A stretch of DNA of 64,000 nt. Origin: an uncultured Spirochaetota bacterium (lineage in GTDB: Bacteria > Spirochaetota > Spirochaetia > SZUA-6 > Fen-1364). Positions 18,601-28,001 of the stretch are shown here, one piece after another. Position 1 is the stretch's first letter, and every line of letters begins with the position of its first letter. The stretch covers positions 32,001 through 96,000 of the forward strand of contig CAVTHO010000009.1 in NCBI GenBank assembly GCA_963734545.1, read 5' to 3'. The position numbers were made by a program, and so were the translations under genes. The notes under the pieces were generated by a model. It searched no databases. It saw nothing but the letters and a program-made list of their open reading frames with translations, and was not told where the DNA came from.

Positions 18601-20980
18601 CCTCGATCCGTGAGGAGAGCGAGGAGAACCTGCCCGTGTTCGCCAGCTCCGCATCGGCAAGGTGCTTCTTTGCGCCGTCTTCCCAGGCCGTAATCTCGGC
18701 GCGGGAAGATTCGAACAGCGCGGCCAGGTCCCGGCGCCCCACCTCGACTTCCCGGCTCATCTGCTCGAGACGCGCCTCGATCTCGGCGTGCATCTTCCGC
18801 GTTCCTGTCTCCATTGATTCCCGCACGCCGCCGAGATCCTTCTCGAACGACGACGAGGCATCCTTCCTGGCCTTCTCGATGTCGCCGCGCAGCGCGTCTC
18901 GAAGCGTCTGCACCGATTCTCCGGCAGCCGCGGTGCGCTGCATGATGTCCGCCTCGAACCCCGCCGTACGTTTTTCCATCTCCGCCTGCCAGGCCTGGAA
19001 CCTCGTCTGCGTCACCGTGGAGCGCGCGCGCAGGTCCGTGAGAAGCTCCTCCTGGAATGCCGTGAGCTTCTTCTCCGCCTCCTCGTGAGCGCGCGCCTTC
19101 AGGTCTTCCACGGCCGCCTGCAGCTCCGCCATGTCCGCCCGCAGCCGCTCCCGCGCCGCCGACGCGCCTTCAACCTCGGACTTCCAGCCCGTGGTGAGCT
19201 TCTCCGCGAATCCGTTCATTTCCGCGCGCATTGCCGCGGTCATCCTGTCCATCGTCTGGGCGAGCGCGCCCTGCAGCGCCTGGACCGACTGCCGGGCCGC
19301 CTCGGTGCGCTCTTTGACCTCTGCTTCGAGGCTCTCCACGCGCGCACCGGCATCCGTTTCAATGCTTTCCACGCGCTTGTTGACGGCAGCCTCGAGGCCT
19401 TCCACCCGCGCGTTCACCTCCGCCTCGACATTCGCCGTGCGCGCTTTGACGCCGGCCGCCAGGCCTTCCACCCGCGCATTCACGTCCGCCTCGACGCCCG
19501 CCGCGCGCTCCTCGACCTGGGCCGCAAGGCCTTCCACGCGCGCGTTGACATCCGCCTCGACGCCCGCCGCGCGCTCCTTGACCTCAGCCGCGAGGTTCTC
19601 CACCTGCGCGTTGATGTCTGCCCCGACTTCCGCGGCGCGTGCTTCGAAGTCGGCCTCGAAGCTTGCGGCGTGCTCTCTGATTCCTGCCTCGAAGCCCGCG
19701 GCATGCTCTCTGACTCCCGCCTCGAAGCTGGCCGCCCGTTCTCTGACCGCAGCCTCGAAGCTTTCCGCGCGCTTCTCCATCTCCGCCTGCCATGCCTCGA
19801 ACTTCTGCTGGGTCAGAGTGGACCGTGTGCGCAGATCGGCGAAAAACTCCTCTTCGAAAACCGAGAGCTGCCTTTCCGCGTCCTGGTATGCACGCGCCTT
19901 CAGCGCCTCCAGCTCCGCCCCAAGCTGCCCCATGCTCGCGTGCAGCTTCTCGCGGGTGGCTTCCGCGCCCGCAACCTCCGAGCTCCAGCCGGCCATCAGG
20001 TCGGTTGCGAGCTTGTCCGCGATCCCCTTCATCTCGGTACGCATGCTCGCCGCCATCTTGTCCATGGTCTGCCCGAGCGAGGTGCGCAGGGCGTCCACGT
20101 CGTGGTTCGCGTCTTCCAGGACCTTCACGCGATAGTCGACGTCCCCCTGGTAGTCCGCCAGCCTCGATTCGATGGTCTCTATGCCCCTGGCAAGGGTGTT
20201 TTCATTTATCTGGATGCGCGAGGACAGGCGCGTAAACACCTCGTCCTCCAGGCTCTCGCCTTTGCGGGCAGCCGCGGAAAGCCTGGCACGCAGATCCACC
20301 TCGAATGCATCCAGCGCCTTCGCGAGCCCCGCAATCCGCTCCTTTTCCGTCTGCTCCGCCCGCGCTCCCAGGCGTGCCATGTAGGCCGAAAAATCCTTCA
20401 CCTTCTTGTCCGACTCCACCAGCACCGCCGCCAGCGCGCCGACTTTCTCTTCCACGGTCCTGATCACCTCGCCGCGCGCGGTCTCCAGTGTTTCCCGGCC
20501 CTGGGCGGTGAATGCCTTCTGCATCTCGGGGATCAGCTTCTGCACCTTGTCGAGACGCGTCGCTGTCTCACCGATCTTTCGGCCGACCACATCGACGAAC
20601 GCGGATTCATCCCGCAGCTTCTTCAGGTTTGTGTCCACCCGTGATGACATAGCGGTGAGATCAGTGAGCGCTGTCTCGTAGTCCGCAAGACGCTTCTGGA
20701 TCGACTCCATCTCGGACGCCCTGCCCCGGAGCTGGTCATCCAGGCCGCGGGCATGAGCGATCAATTCCCTGCCCGTTTTCAGCTCCGCCTGGAGCGCAAT
20801 GGACAGGTCCTTCAGCTGCACGGTCTTTCCCTCGACGAGCGCGGAGAGGTTCTCCGTGATCTTGTCGCTGAACCGCTTGAGCTTTTCGAGAGATCTGTTG
20901 TTTCTGTCGATTGCGCGGAAGGCGATGACTATGAGAAGGACGACGACGAGGGTGATGAAATCACCAATTGAGAAAAACAT
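15626..20980 (-). CDS. Giant membrane-anchored coiled-coil protein (spirochaete SpiroCoCo type)
   Basis: N-terminal TM then DRNNRSLEKLKRF; 1784 aa helical body with large internal repeats; C-terminal HTH GWSVQEISR..LSRGEVELIL. Confidence 0.85.
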   Translation of the reverse strand: MFFSIGDFITLVVVLLIVIAFRAIDRNNRSLEKLKRFSDKITENLSALVEGKTVQLKDLSIALQAELKTGRELIAHARGLDDQLRGRASEMESIQKRLADYETALTDLTAMSSRVDTNLKKLRDESAFVDVVGRKIGETATRLDKVQKLIPEMQKAFTAQGRETLETARGEVIRTVEEKVGALAAVLVESDKKVKDFSAYMARLGARAEQTEKERIAGLAKALDAFEVDLRARLSAAARKGESLEDEVFTRLSSRIQINENTLARGIETIESRLADYQGDVDYRVKVLEDANHDVDALRTSLGQTMDKMAASMRTEMKGIADKLATDLMAGWSSEVAGAEATREKLHASMGQLGAELEALKARAYQDAERQLSVFEEEFFADLRTRSTLTQQKFEAWQAEMEKRAESFEAAVRERAASFEAGVREHAAGFEAGIREHAASFEADFEARAAEVGADINAQVENLAAEVKERAAGVEADVNARVEGLAAQVEERAAGVEADVNARVEGLAAGVKARTANVEAEVNARVEGLEAAVNKRVESIETDAGARVESLEAEVKERTEAARQSVQALQGALAQTMDRMTAAMRAEMNGFAEKLTTGWKSEVEGASAARERLRADMAELQAAVEDLKARAHEEAEKKLTAFQEELLTDLRARSTVTQTRFQAWQAEMEKRTAGFEADIMQRTAAAGESVQTLRDALRGDIEKARKDASSSFEKDLGGVRESMETGTRKMHAEIEARLEQMSREVEVGRRDLAALFESSRAEITAWEDGAKKHLADAELANTGRFSSLSSRIEADKAALAKSIETVESRLADYQADVDYRMKVLDEAHRDVDALRASLAQTVDKMGAAVRSEMKALTDTLAAELTHGWKSEVAGAETTRQQLQASMGELQAELETLKKRAYQDAEKKLSMFEEEFFADLRARSTMTQEKFQSWQAEMEKRAAGFEAGVKERTASLEAVVNARAASVEADVKARVESLEADVKTRAAAAGESVMALREALSGDIERARKEASQSFEKNLGSVRDTMEAESRKMHREIEARLEALSAELNAGRKDLADLFETSRAEIAAWEDGAKAQLAEAEQENAGRLSNLASRIQGDEATLAKSIETIELRLADYQGDVDYRVKVLEDANRDVDALRASLSQTMDKMAEGVRAEMKGLADELAAGWKSDIAGAAIAREQLQAGMGELEAGLEELKARAYQDAEKKLSVFEEEFFTDLRARSTMTQEKFQAWQVEMEKRAASFEADVKERTAAADEAVQTLRETLRGDVEKARKDASLSFEKDLGGVKDVMEAATRKMHREIESRLKELSVELTAGRKELTELFETSRTEIAAWEGGAKKQLAEAELAIAEKISSLSAEAASSVGAIRDAFAAQKEDLLVSTNEERIGLRKELAQMGETISSFEADLKKTTEAAMEALRTQMDGFQLDSQKRVREVQTEVEGRIKEQKQLLVDTKEKADAMQEKLFGRIEESYQLLSTNLVEIDKRVKSFTSQTRLFERADTLKAALEVSIDEMKKEVAKLNADRAEFSEIEVQLSKTKKVADEVSTKLTRFLAERRRIEEMDGDFKKIIAVSKDVDLKLDTLSSSNDALQQIQAKIRQFEEMGKSVEGGFERLEKKKEILSVTSEGVDRNFQRLENIEKSLGEADRTADELAAKVSSLRGEYEMLAANKKDADTAMQTVGKLSGVIEELESRLEKAQSSREWMARTETRFEEIGRQAQEQVRLLESIMKAETKKEKGERGAPPLDKRETVVKLSHQGWSVQEISRVTQLSRGEVELILELAPKV

Positions 20981-21007
20981 TGTCCCCTCCCCAGGAGATT
21001 TGTGACA

Positions 21008-21036
21008 ATATTATTCCTATCACCCCCGGATGTCAA
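21008..21036 (-). promoter_or_regulatory. Sigma70 promoter TTGACA-17-TAATAT for the coiled-coil gene
   Basis: Read directly; followed by GGAGGGG SD. Confidence 0.75.
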
Positions 21037-21042
21037 CGTGGA

Positions 21043-22128
21043 TTACCTGGGTTTTATCACATATGGAATCAACCCTGTCACGGGCCCTGCGCCCTTTGCC
21101 GCGGTGAATCTCCAGCGACGGATCGCGTCTTTGAAGGCCGAATCGACATCCGCGTAGCCGGATGACCGTGCCATGAACACGACGGAGATGGCGCCGTCCG
21201 GCATGAGGACGAATGAAAGCGTCACCGAGAGCGTCAGGCCCTGCTTGCTCACCCAGGCAGGGAGCTTCGGATCTCCGCCTGACACGCGCACGCGTCCCTC
21301 GCTCGCACCGGGCTGGTCCCACACCACTAGGTAGTCCCCGCCCCCTCCCCCGGCCGCGCCGCCTCCGCCCGCGCCGCCTCCGCCGGCCTGCCCCTGCCGG
21401 CCCGGGGCTGCACCACCCTGGCCTGCCTTGCCGCCCGCTTGCCCCTGCTGACCCGCGCCTCCGCCGGCCGCCTGCCCGGTGCCAGTACCTGCAGGAGAAG
21501 CCCCGGTAGCGGCCCCGGCAGCCCCGGATGTGCCGGCCCCTCTTCCCGCGATTGCCTGATCAAGTTTCCTGAGGTCCAGGGGGCCTGGCGTCCCATTGTC
21601 GGAACCAACAAGAACCCCTTCTCCTGCTCGCTGCGCATTTCCCGCGGCTCCGCCGGCCGCGGCGCCCGGGCCTGGTCTGCTGCCCTGCGGGCTGGCAGCC
21701 ACGGCGGGCTGAGGAAGCTGATTCTGTACAGCAGGGAGGGATGCCCCGGCGCCGGTCTTCCCCCCTGCCTCGCGAAACGAAGGTCCGCCGCCGGCGGCCG
21801 GCGCGGAGTCAGGAGCAGGTCCGCGCACAGTCGGTATGACAAAGCCCCCGCTCGCGCCGGCGCCCTGGCCCGGAAGCCCAGCCGCCGGAGCTTGCGTCGT
21901 GGAAGGCCCCGACCCGCTCCCCGAGCCCTGAGAATATGCCTGTCCTGCGGACTCGCGCCCGGATTCCAGCTGAACGTCGATAGGCGTCATCACCTCCGGC
22001 GACGGGCCGCGCAATGCGAAGGCAAGCGCCGCGATGAGGAGGACCGCCACATGAATGCCCAGGGCAGCGGCGAGGCTCGCGAACGTCCGCCTCCTGTCGC
22101 CTTCCAGGGGATGAACCGTGTCGCTCAT
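21043..22128 (-). CDS. TonB/TolA-like energy transducer
   Basis: TM anchor with S..A..IH, long Gly/Ala/Pro linker, TonB_C domain (SSGYADVD.A...IRRWRF). Confidence 0.8.
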   Translation of the reverse strand: MSDTVHPLEGDRRRTFASLAAALGIHVAVLLIAALAFALRGPSPEVMTPIDVQLESGRESAGQAYSQGSGSGSGPSTTQAPAAGLPGQGAGASGGFVIPTVRGPAPDSAPAAGGGPSFREAGGKTGAGASLPAVQNQLPQPAVAASPQGSRPGPGAAAGGAAGNAQRAGEGVLVGSDNGTPGPLDLRKLDQAIAGRGAGTSGAAGAATGASPAGTGTGQAAGGGAGQQGQAGGKAGQGGAAPGRQGQAGGGGAGGGGAAGGGGGDYLVVWDQPGASEGRVRVSGGDPKLPAWVSKQGLTLSVTLSFVLMPDGAISVVFMARSSGYADVDSAFKDAIRRWRFTAAKGAGPVTGLIPYVIKPR

Positions 22129-23778
22129 AGGCTGATGCTCAAAGAGGCGGTCACCCTGAAGCCGGGCGCGACAAACGGGTCGATATCCAGCCGGGGGTCT
22201 CCTGGAAGAAGCCCCAGAATATCATCCGCGGCGAGCTGCAGCTTCACCGCATCGGAGACCTTCGCGAAGCCCGAAACACGCAGCAGGGGCTGCTGGAGCA
22301 CCCCGCCAAGCGTCGGCCCCACGGCCACCGAAGCCGTGCCGCCGAACCTTCCGCTCGACTCCAGCGCCACCAACTCCGCCTCCAGTGAATCGATAGGCGA
22401 GAAAAAGGGGCGGTCCAGGAACTCGTGCGTCCACGATGCCGACAGGGAGAAGGACTGGGTGATTCCCCACCGCATTCCTGCCTTTGTGGAGAAATGAGTC
22501 CCCTGCGTCTGGGTCACGGGGAAAAGCCCGTTCCCCTTCGCGCCGGTGTATTGGTGCGAGTCCCCGATTGGCATTGCATCGCTTGCCATGAATGTGACGA
22601 GGATGGATGCCGAAAGCTCTCGGGCAAATGTGAATTGCACGGAGCCGTCTCCGAACCAGCCCCGGTCATCCTCAGATGCTGTTCGGCAGCACGAGAGAGT
22701 GAATGCTCATCACGTCGTGCATGTCGTAGGGTGTCACTTTGTAGCCGCCGCCGACGGTGAGGGTCAGAAACTCGAAGGGCGTCGCGGTGATCGTGGCGGA
22801 AAAAGGAAAGAGGCTGAGGCCCGCCGTGTTCGCGAACCACCCTGCCGCGGCTTCGAATGTGAAAGCCGTTCCGAGGTCCGCGCCAAAGGACGCGGTGGCC
22901 CGGAACCTGTGCAGGGAGCCCCCCGGATCCTGGTCGGTCGAGGGATCGACCCGGAAAGTGTACAGCGTCGCAAGCCCGACCTTCACGGCTCCGAACCGGG
23001 CCTCCGCGGACACGGTGGGAGACACGCGCGCGCCGGTCAGCTCCCTGGGCGATGGCCCCGAAGGCGCTCCCTGCAGGGTGAGCCAATCCGCTCCGCCGGA
23101 CGCGCCGGCGCGGAGCGTCAGCCAGTCCAGGGGGACCGTGGAGAAAGACGCGGTGCCGCCGAGCATGCGCCCGAGCCGGGCGGTATAATCCGATTGTCCC
23201 TGCAGTCCCGTCTCATTGTCGGAAAAAGTCCCGCTGAGGTCCGTGTCGATCCCGCCGAGCCTGAATTTGAGCGCGCCATCGAGGACGTCATTGCGGAGAT
23301 TGAAGCCCGCGCCGGAGGGATTCCCGGCAAAGCCGTCAATAGTCTCATGGTTGAACAGCAGAGAGAAGCGTGGATCGTCGCCGAGTGTCTTCAGGGAAAT
23401 GCTGCCCACGATGCTGTTCGGGCTCCCAGCGCCGAGATTGATATCGGCGGACAGCAGGCGGTCCTTCGGCTGGACCGCGCGGGGCTCGACTTCCGGCCCG
23501 GGGGAAGGGAGGGCCGGCTCGCCGATGGCCAGGTCCCCTTCACTGAGAAGCGGGATCTTCCTTTCCGGTGCCAGCAGATCCTCTTCCGCGGGGAGCTGGG
23601 CCTCCACCTTTTCCACACTCAGGTCTTCGATCTGCAGGATCACCTGCGGCATGATGATTTCCGGCTCTGTCGGCACGACCGCGGGGTTCGTTCCTGCGGG
23701 GGTCCGGGTCTGGGCTGAAACTCCCGACAAGGCCGTGCAGCACAGGAGAGCAATGAGCAAAAGGTTCCGTGTCTTCAT
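22125..23778 (-). CDS. Probable outer-membrane beta-barrel protein; frameshift near 22675 joins ORFs 22672..23817 and 22125..22640
   Basis: Signal peptide MKTRNLLL..VSA, amphipathic strands; the +1 frame continues EDDRGWFGDGSVQFTF to ..ASLSISL; ATGA overlaps on both sides. Confidence 0.7.
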
Positions 23779-26666
23779 TGTGCGCCTCCTGCCAGCAGGC
23801 GCCCTTTCGCGGTCCACTCGGAATCCGGAAAAGCAGCCTCGAGCCTCTTCACAAGCGCCTTGACCTCATCCGGCTTGCCTGCCAGCTTCATCATCTCCGC
23901 CGCACGGTAGAGGGCGGAGGCGGCCGCCTTCGGGTCCGCCTTCGGGATGAGCGCGGTGGCGACGAACTGCCGCGCCGCCTCGCCGAGGTCGCCCTTTCTG
24001 TAGAAGTACTCCCCCGCGAGCGCCTGCGCCTGGGGAGCTCCCTGCGGATCGCCTTCCTTTATCACCGGCAGGAGGAGCCGATAGCCGGCATCGGCCTTCT
24101 TGTCTCCGCTGAATATGTACAGCCGGGCAAGGTCGATGGTTGCCTGCCGCTTCCTGTCCCCCGCTTCCCGGGCGATGATCGCGGAAAGCTCCGCCTCTTT
24201 GTCTCCCTGCCCCAGGGCGAGGTAGCGGATCTGTTCCGCCCGGATGTCCGCACGCCCGGCCCTGGCCTCGTCCGGGTAATCGGCAATGAACCGGGAGTAC
24301 AGCTCCAGAGCTTTTGGATATTGCCGCACGTTTGCATAGGCCTCCGCTGTTTTCTGCAGGGCGGTGCCGCGGAACGGGCTGTCCGGATACGTCGCAATGA
24401 GCTTCTCCCAGAGGAGCGCGGCTGCCATGTCTTCGCCCACGGTCTGGGCCGCCTGCCCCCCCCAATACAATGCGGCGTCGACCTGCCTGCCCCTGGGAAA
24501 GCGCGTGCGGTACTCGTCGTACGCGGTGCGCGCGTCCGCCCACATCTTGTGCGTGAAAAAGGTCTCTGCCCGCTGGTAGACCGCTTCCTCCCGCAAGGGG
24601 CTGTCGGGGAACACGTCCGCCAGTTTCTTGTACGCATCTGCCGCCTGGCGCGTTTGTCCCATGTCGGAGAGGACCCCGGCATAGTCGAAGAGAGCATCAC
24701 TGGCCCACGGCGACGCCGGTGTGGCGGCGGTAATCCGCTGCAATGCTGCGGCAGCTTCGTCGCGCTTTTTCAAGTTGAGAAGGCTTTTCGCGTAGAGATA
24801 CAGGCTCTTCTGCGCCAGGTCCCCCTGCGCGCCCGCCCCCGACAATCGGGCAAACCACCCCGCGGCTCGATCGAACTCTCCCGCGCTGAAATGAGACCAT
24901 CCTGCCAGATAGACGATGGAAGGATACAGCTCGTGGGAAGGATATGAAACGGCAAGCTCATCGAAGACCTGTGCCGCCCTGCCGAAGTCCGACTGCCTCA
25001 AGTAGCTCCAGCCGAGGTAGTAGCGCGCGTAAGGCACGATCACGGCGAGGCCCGCCTTCTGCGCCACGGCGGGCTGAATGGAGGACAGGTCCGCGCTTGC
25101 CTTCCCATATTCTTTTGCCACGATCAAGGACAGGCCCCTGAGATACGAAACGACGATCGCCGCGTAGGGGTCCAGGGTGTCGATCGTCGGAAAAAGCCGC
25201 CTGACATTGTCCGCCTCTTTCACGATGGCGGCGTTCTGCTTCAGCACGAAAAGCATCTTGAGATAGTCCAGCCAGGAACGAAGGTCCTGGGGGTAGCGGC
25301 TCACGTATTGAGCCAGGGCATCCGATGCTGCATCGGTCCGGCCCGCCCCCTTCAACAGCACGATGTGCAGCTTTTCAAGCTGCTGACGGATGGCCGGCTC
25401 CATGTCCATGCCCAGGAGCCCATCCACCATCCGGGAGGCCTCTTCCGGTTTGCCCAGACGGAAGGAGCAATATGCCTGGAGGTATCCCGCCTCAGAGACG
25501 CGCTTCGACTCGGGGAAGGACGTGCGGAACTGCGCGTAGAAGCCCGTTGCCGTCTTGAAATCATCTCCCATGAGGGCGATGTCCCCGAGCCTGATGACGG
25601 CCGCCCCGGTCCCCGGTTTTCCCAGTGCGAGAAACTCGGTCAGGATGGCGCGCGCCCCTGCAGTGTCCTTGCGCCCGAGCATGATTTCCGCAAGATACAG
25701 CGGCACGACCTCGTTCACCGGTACTTCCCGGCGCGCGTCCCACGCGCGGCGCAGGAACGCCTCGGCCGAGTCCATCGAGCCGCGGCGGAAGCTTTCCGCG
25801 CCCACCCGGGTCCAGAGATCCACCAGCAGCTTGGTGCGTTTTCCGAATCGGGCCTCGGCCGCCTGGCTCAGGTCCCGCATGCCCTGAAGATCGTTCCTGC
25901 GCTGCGCGGCATCGAAGAGCCTGCCATAGGAGACCAGGGCCGCGTCGTCGGACGCTCCTACGAGCTGCAGGTACAGCGGCTGCGCCTCGGCCCACCGCCC
26001 GGATCGGGAGAGCGCTTCTGCGCGGAGAAGGAGGAACTCGTTTTTCCACGGATCGGGGAAGCCCGACGGATCGGTCTTCTGCGTCAAATCGAGCAGATCC
26101 GCGTACGACTGCCGCTTCTGCAGTATCGAGCCGAGAAGCACGGAGGCGTAGGGAAAAAGACGCGAGGACGGGTAACCGGCGGTGAGCGACCTCAAGGTCG
26201 CTGTCGCTTCTTCGTCGCTGGAAAGCGCGACCAGGTCGAGGGACTTGTGCAGGAGAGCCTGGGGGGTGAGCTCCGCATCTGCCGGCCCCGCGAGGAAGGC
26301 GTCGAGGCTCTCCACGCTCAGGGAGTAGCTGCCGAGGGCATACAGATTCAGGCCCTTCCAGAGCGGAACGTAGGCGAAATAACGGGTCGACCGGTAGCGT
26401 CGTTCGATGTCCGAGATGAGCTGCAGGGAGTCACGATACCTGTCCAGCCTGTAGAAGCAGGTCGCCCGCCTGTACTGCACATCCGCAACACGCTCGGAAA
26501 GCGGATACGCGGCAAGAAAGGCATCATACGCCTCGAGTGCGGCCGTGTAGTTCTTTCCCAGGTACCTGCTTTCCGCCTCTGAGAAAAGGTCCCCTTCAGC
26601 AGGAGCAGCGACAAGCGGCTGCGCAACGCCTGCGATCAGGAGAGCACAGAGAAGAATTCGGATCAT
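23775..26666 (-). CDS. Large exported tetratricopeptide-repeat protein (CpoB/BamD-type repeats)
   Basis: Signal peptide and many TPRs ending Y/F-P-x-S. Confidence 0.9.
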   Translation of the reverse strand: MIRILLCALLIAGVAQPLVAAPAEGDLFSEAESRYLGKNYTAALEAYDAFLAAYPLSERVADVQYRRATCFYRLDRYRDSLQLISDIERRYRSTRYFAYVPLWKGLNLYALGSYSLSVESLDAFLAGPADAELTPQALLHKSLDLVALSSDEEATATLRSLTAGYPSSRLFPYASVLLGSILQKRQSYADLLDLTQKTDPSGFPDPWKNEFLLLRAEALSRSGRWAEAQPLYLQLVGASDDAALVSYGRLFDAAQRRNDLQGMRDLSQAAEARFGKRTKLLVDLWTRVGAESFRRGSMDSAEAFLRRAWDARREVPVNEVVPLYLAEIMLGRKDTAGARAILTEFLALGKPGTGAAVIRLGDIALMGDDFKTATGFYAQFRTSFPESKRVSEAGYLQAYCSFRLGKPEEASRMVDGLLGMDMEPAIRQQLEKLHIVLLKGAGRTDAASDALAQYVSRYPQDLRSWLDYLKMLFVLKQNAAIVKEADNVRRLFPTIDTLDPYAAIVVSYLRGLSLIVAKEYGKASADLSSIQPAVAQKAGLAVIVPYARYYLGWSYLRQSDFGRAAQVFDELAVSYPSHELYPSIVYLAGWSHFSAGEFDRAAGWFARLSGAGAQGDLAQKSLYLYAKSLLNLKKRDEAAAALQRITAATPASPWASDALFDYAGVLSDMGQTRQAADAYKKLADVFPDSPLREEAVYQRAETFFTHKMWADARTAYDEYRTRFPRGRQVDAALYWGGQAAQTVGEDMAAALLWEKLIATYPDSPFRGTALQKTAEAYANVRQYPKALELYSRFIADYPDEARAGRADIRAEQIRYLALGQGDKEAELSAIIAREAGDRKRQATIDLARLYIFSGDKKADAGYRLLLPVIKEGDPQGAPQAQALAGEYFYRKGDLGEAARQFVATALIPKADPKAAASALYRAAEMMKLAGKPDEVKALVKRLEAAFPDSEWTAKGRLLAGGAQ

Positions 26667-26696
26667 GACTAGTCAATCATACTCCGTGATAAAGCT

Positions 26697-28001
26697 TTAA
26701 TCAATTTGGGGAAGGGAGAAATCGCCCGCGGAGTCGAGATGGACGAGGTGGACGTACTCCTTCCCATACCGGCGCGTCAGAGAAGCGAGGCTCGTTTCGG
26801 CATTTCTTTCGAGCACCACGACCTGGAAATCGCCGTTCGCATCGAAGAAGGGCAGGAGCACGATCACGTGATGGTGCTGGCGCAGCGTGGGTGTTCCTTC
26901 CTGTGATGCCTCCCGCGAAGCGGCGTTCACCGACCCGAGGTAGATCGTACCGGGGCGCTCGCGGGCAAGAAAATAGAGCAGCGCACGGAGACGGGGAACC
27001 GGGTATCCGGTGTCGCGGGTGTACGCCATGTGATCCGCGCTGCGCACGTCCAGGTCCTCATCCGGCAGGAGTATGCCCGGTACGCGCCTGTGCGATGCTC
27101 CGCGCGAGCCCGCGCGTCCAGTCCAGTCCGAAATAGGGATCCAATTCCTCTTCGTAGCGGGCACTCCACTTGTTGATCCGCATCGCGTTACGCGACTTCA
27201 GGGCCGCAATATCCGTGTTCCTGCCGGTGAGCGGCGCGTAGAAGCCGTCGACGATCCACTTGGCAAAGCCCGAGCAGTTGAAGCCCCCGGGCCCGCCGGA
27301 ACGCCGCTCGCGATGTACACCATGCGCCCGGCGCTGTCCATCGCGCCGTCGTCCATGTCCCGCAGGCCCTTCAGGCGCGCGCGCACCGAGCGGGCAACCT
27401 CCGCGAGCCGGATGTCACCGGGACCGGGCGAGGGAGCCAGGAGGAGCGGCCAGTCGATGGAGTTGCCCGTGAGGTCCATGATGCGCGCCAGCGGCGCCGT
27501 GAGCAGACGCTCGAACGCGACCGGCAGAACGACCTGGCTCAGGAAGAGCTCGCCGGAGAGAAAGACGTCCATGACGGTCCTGTCGCTGCGGGGAAACAGG
27601 CGGAGAAAGCAACCAGGATCGTTCTGCACGAATACCTTGGCCTGGATGAAGCTTCCATCCTTGAGGCTTCTCTTGATAATGAAGGTTCCCGCCCCCGCCA
27701 CGGGAAAGCTCCGGCCCTCCCGATTGGCGAAAACGAGGTAGAGAGAGCCTGACTGGGCGTCCGCCTGGAAGGAGACCTGCCCGCCGCCGCCGGGCTGGTT
27801 CACGATCATGCCCGCGCGCCGGGCGGCATCGCCGACCGGGGCGAAAATCGTGTCACGCAGAAGGCTCCGCGCCTCCCAATTCTCAGGCAGGGAAGGAGCA
27901 CTCCCGGGCGCACGAATGCCGGAGCTGCCGATGCCGGGAAAAGCGCAGACGGCGAGAAGAAAGAACGCCAGGGCCGCTCTACACCAGGAGAGTGTCCTCA
28001 T
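26697..28001 (-). CDS. Exported hypothetical protein with GFNCSGFAKW motif; two frameshifts (~27285, 27074-27080)
   Basis: ORF 27198..28001 continues in another frame GGFNCSGFAKWIVDG...DPYFGLDWTR, then into ORF 26697..27164. Confidence 0.65.

Noticed and set aside
22672-22674. Selenocysteine or stop readthrough at the TGA in the OMP gene
   Set aside because: The continuation is in a different frame, so an indel rather than readthrough explains it.
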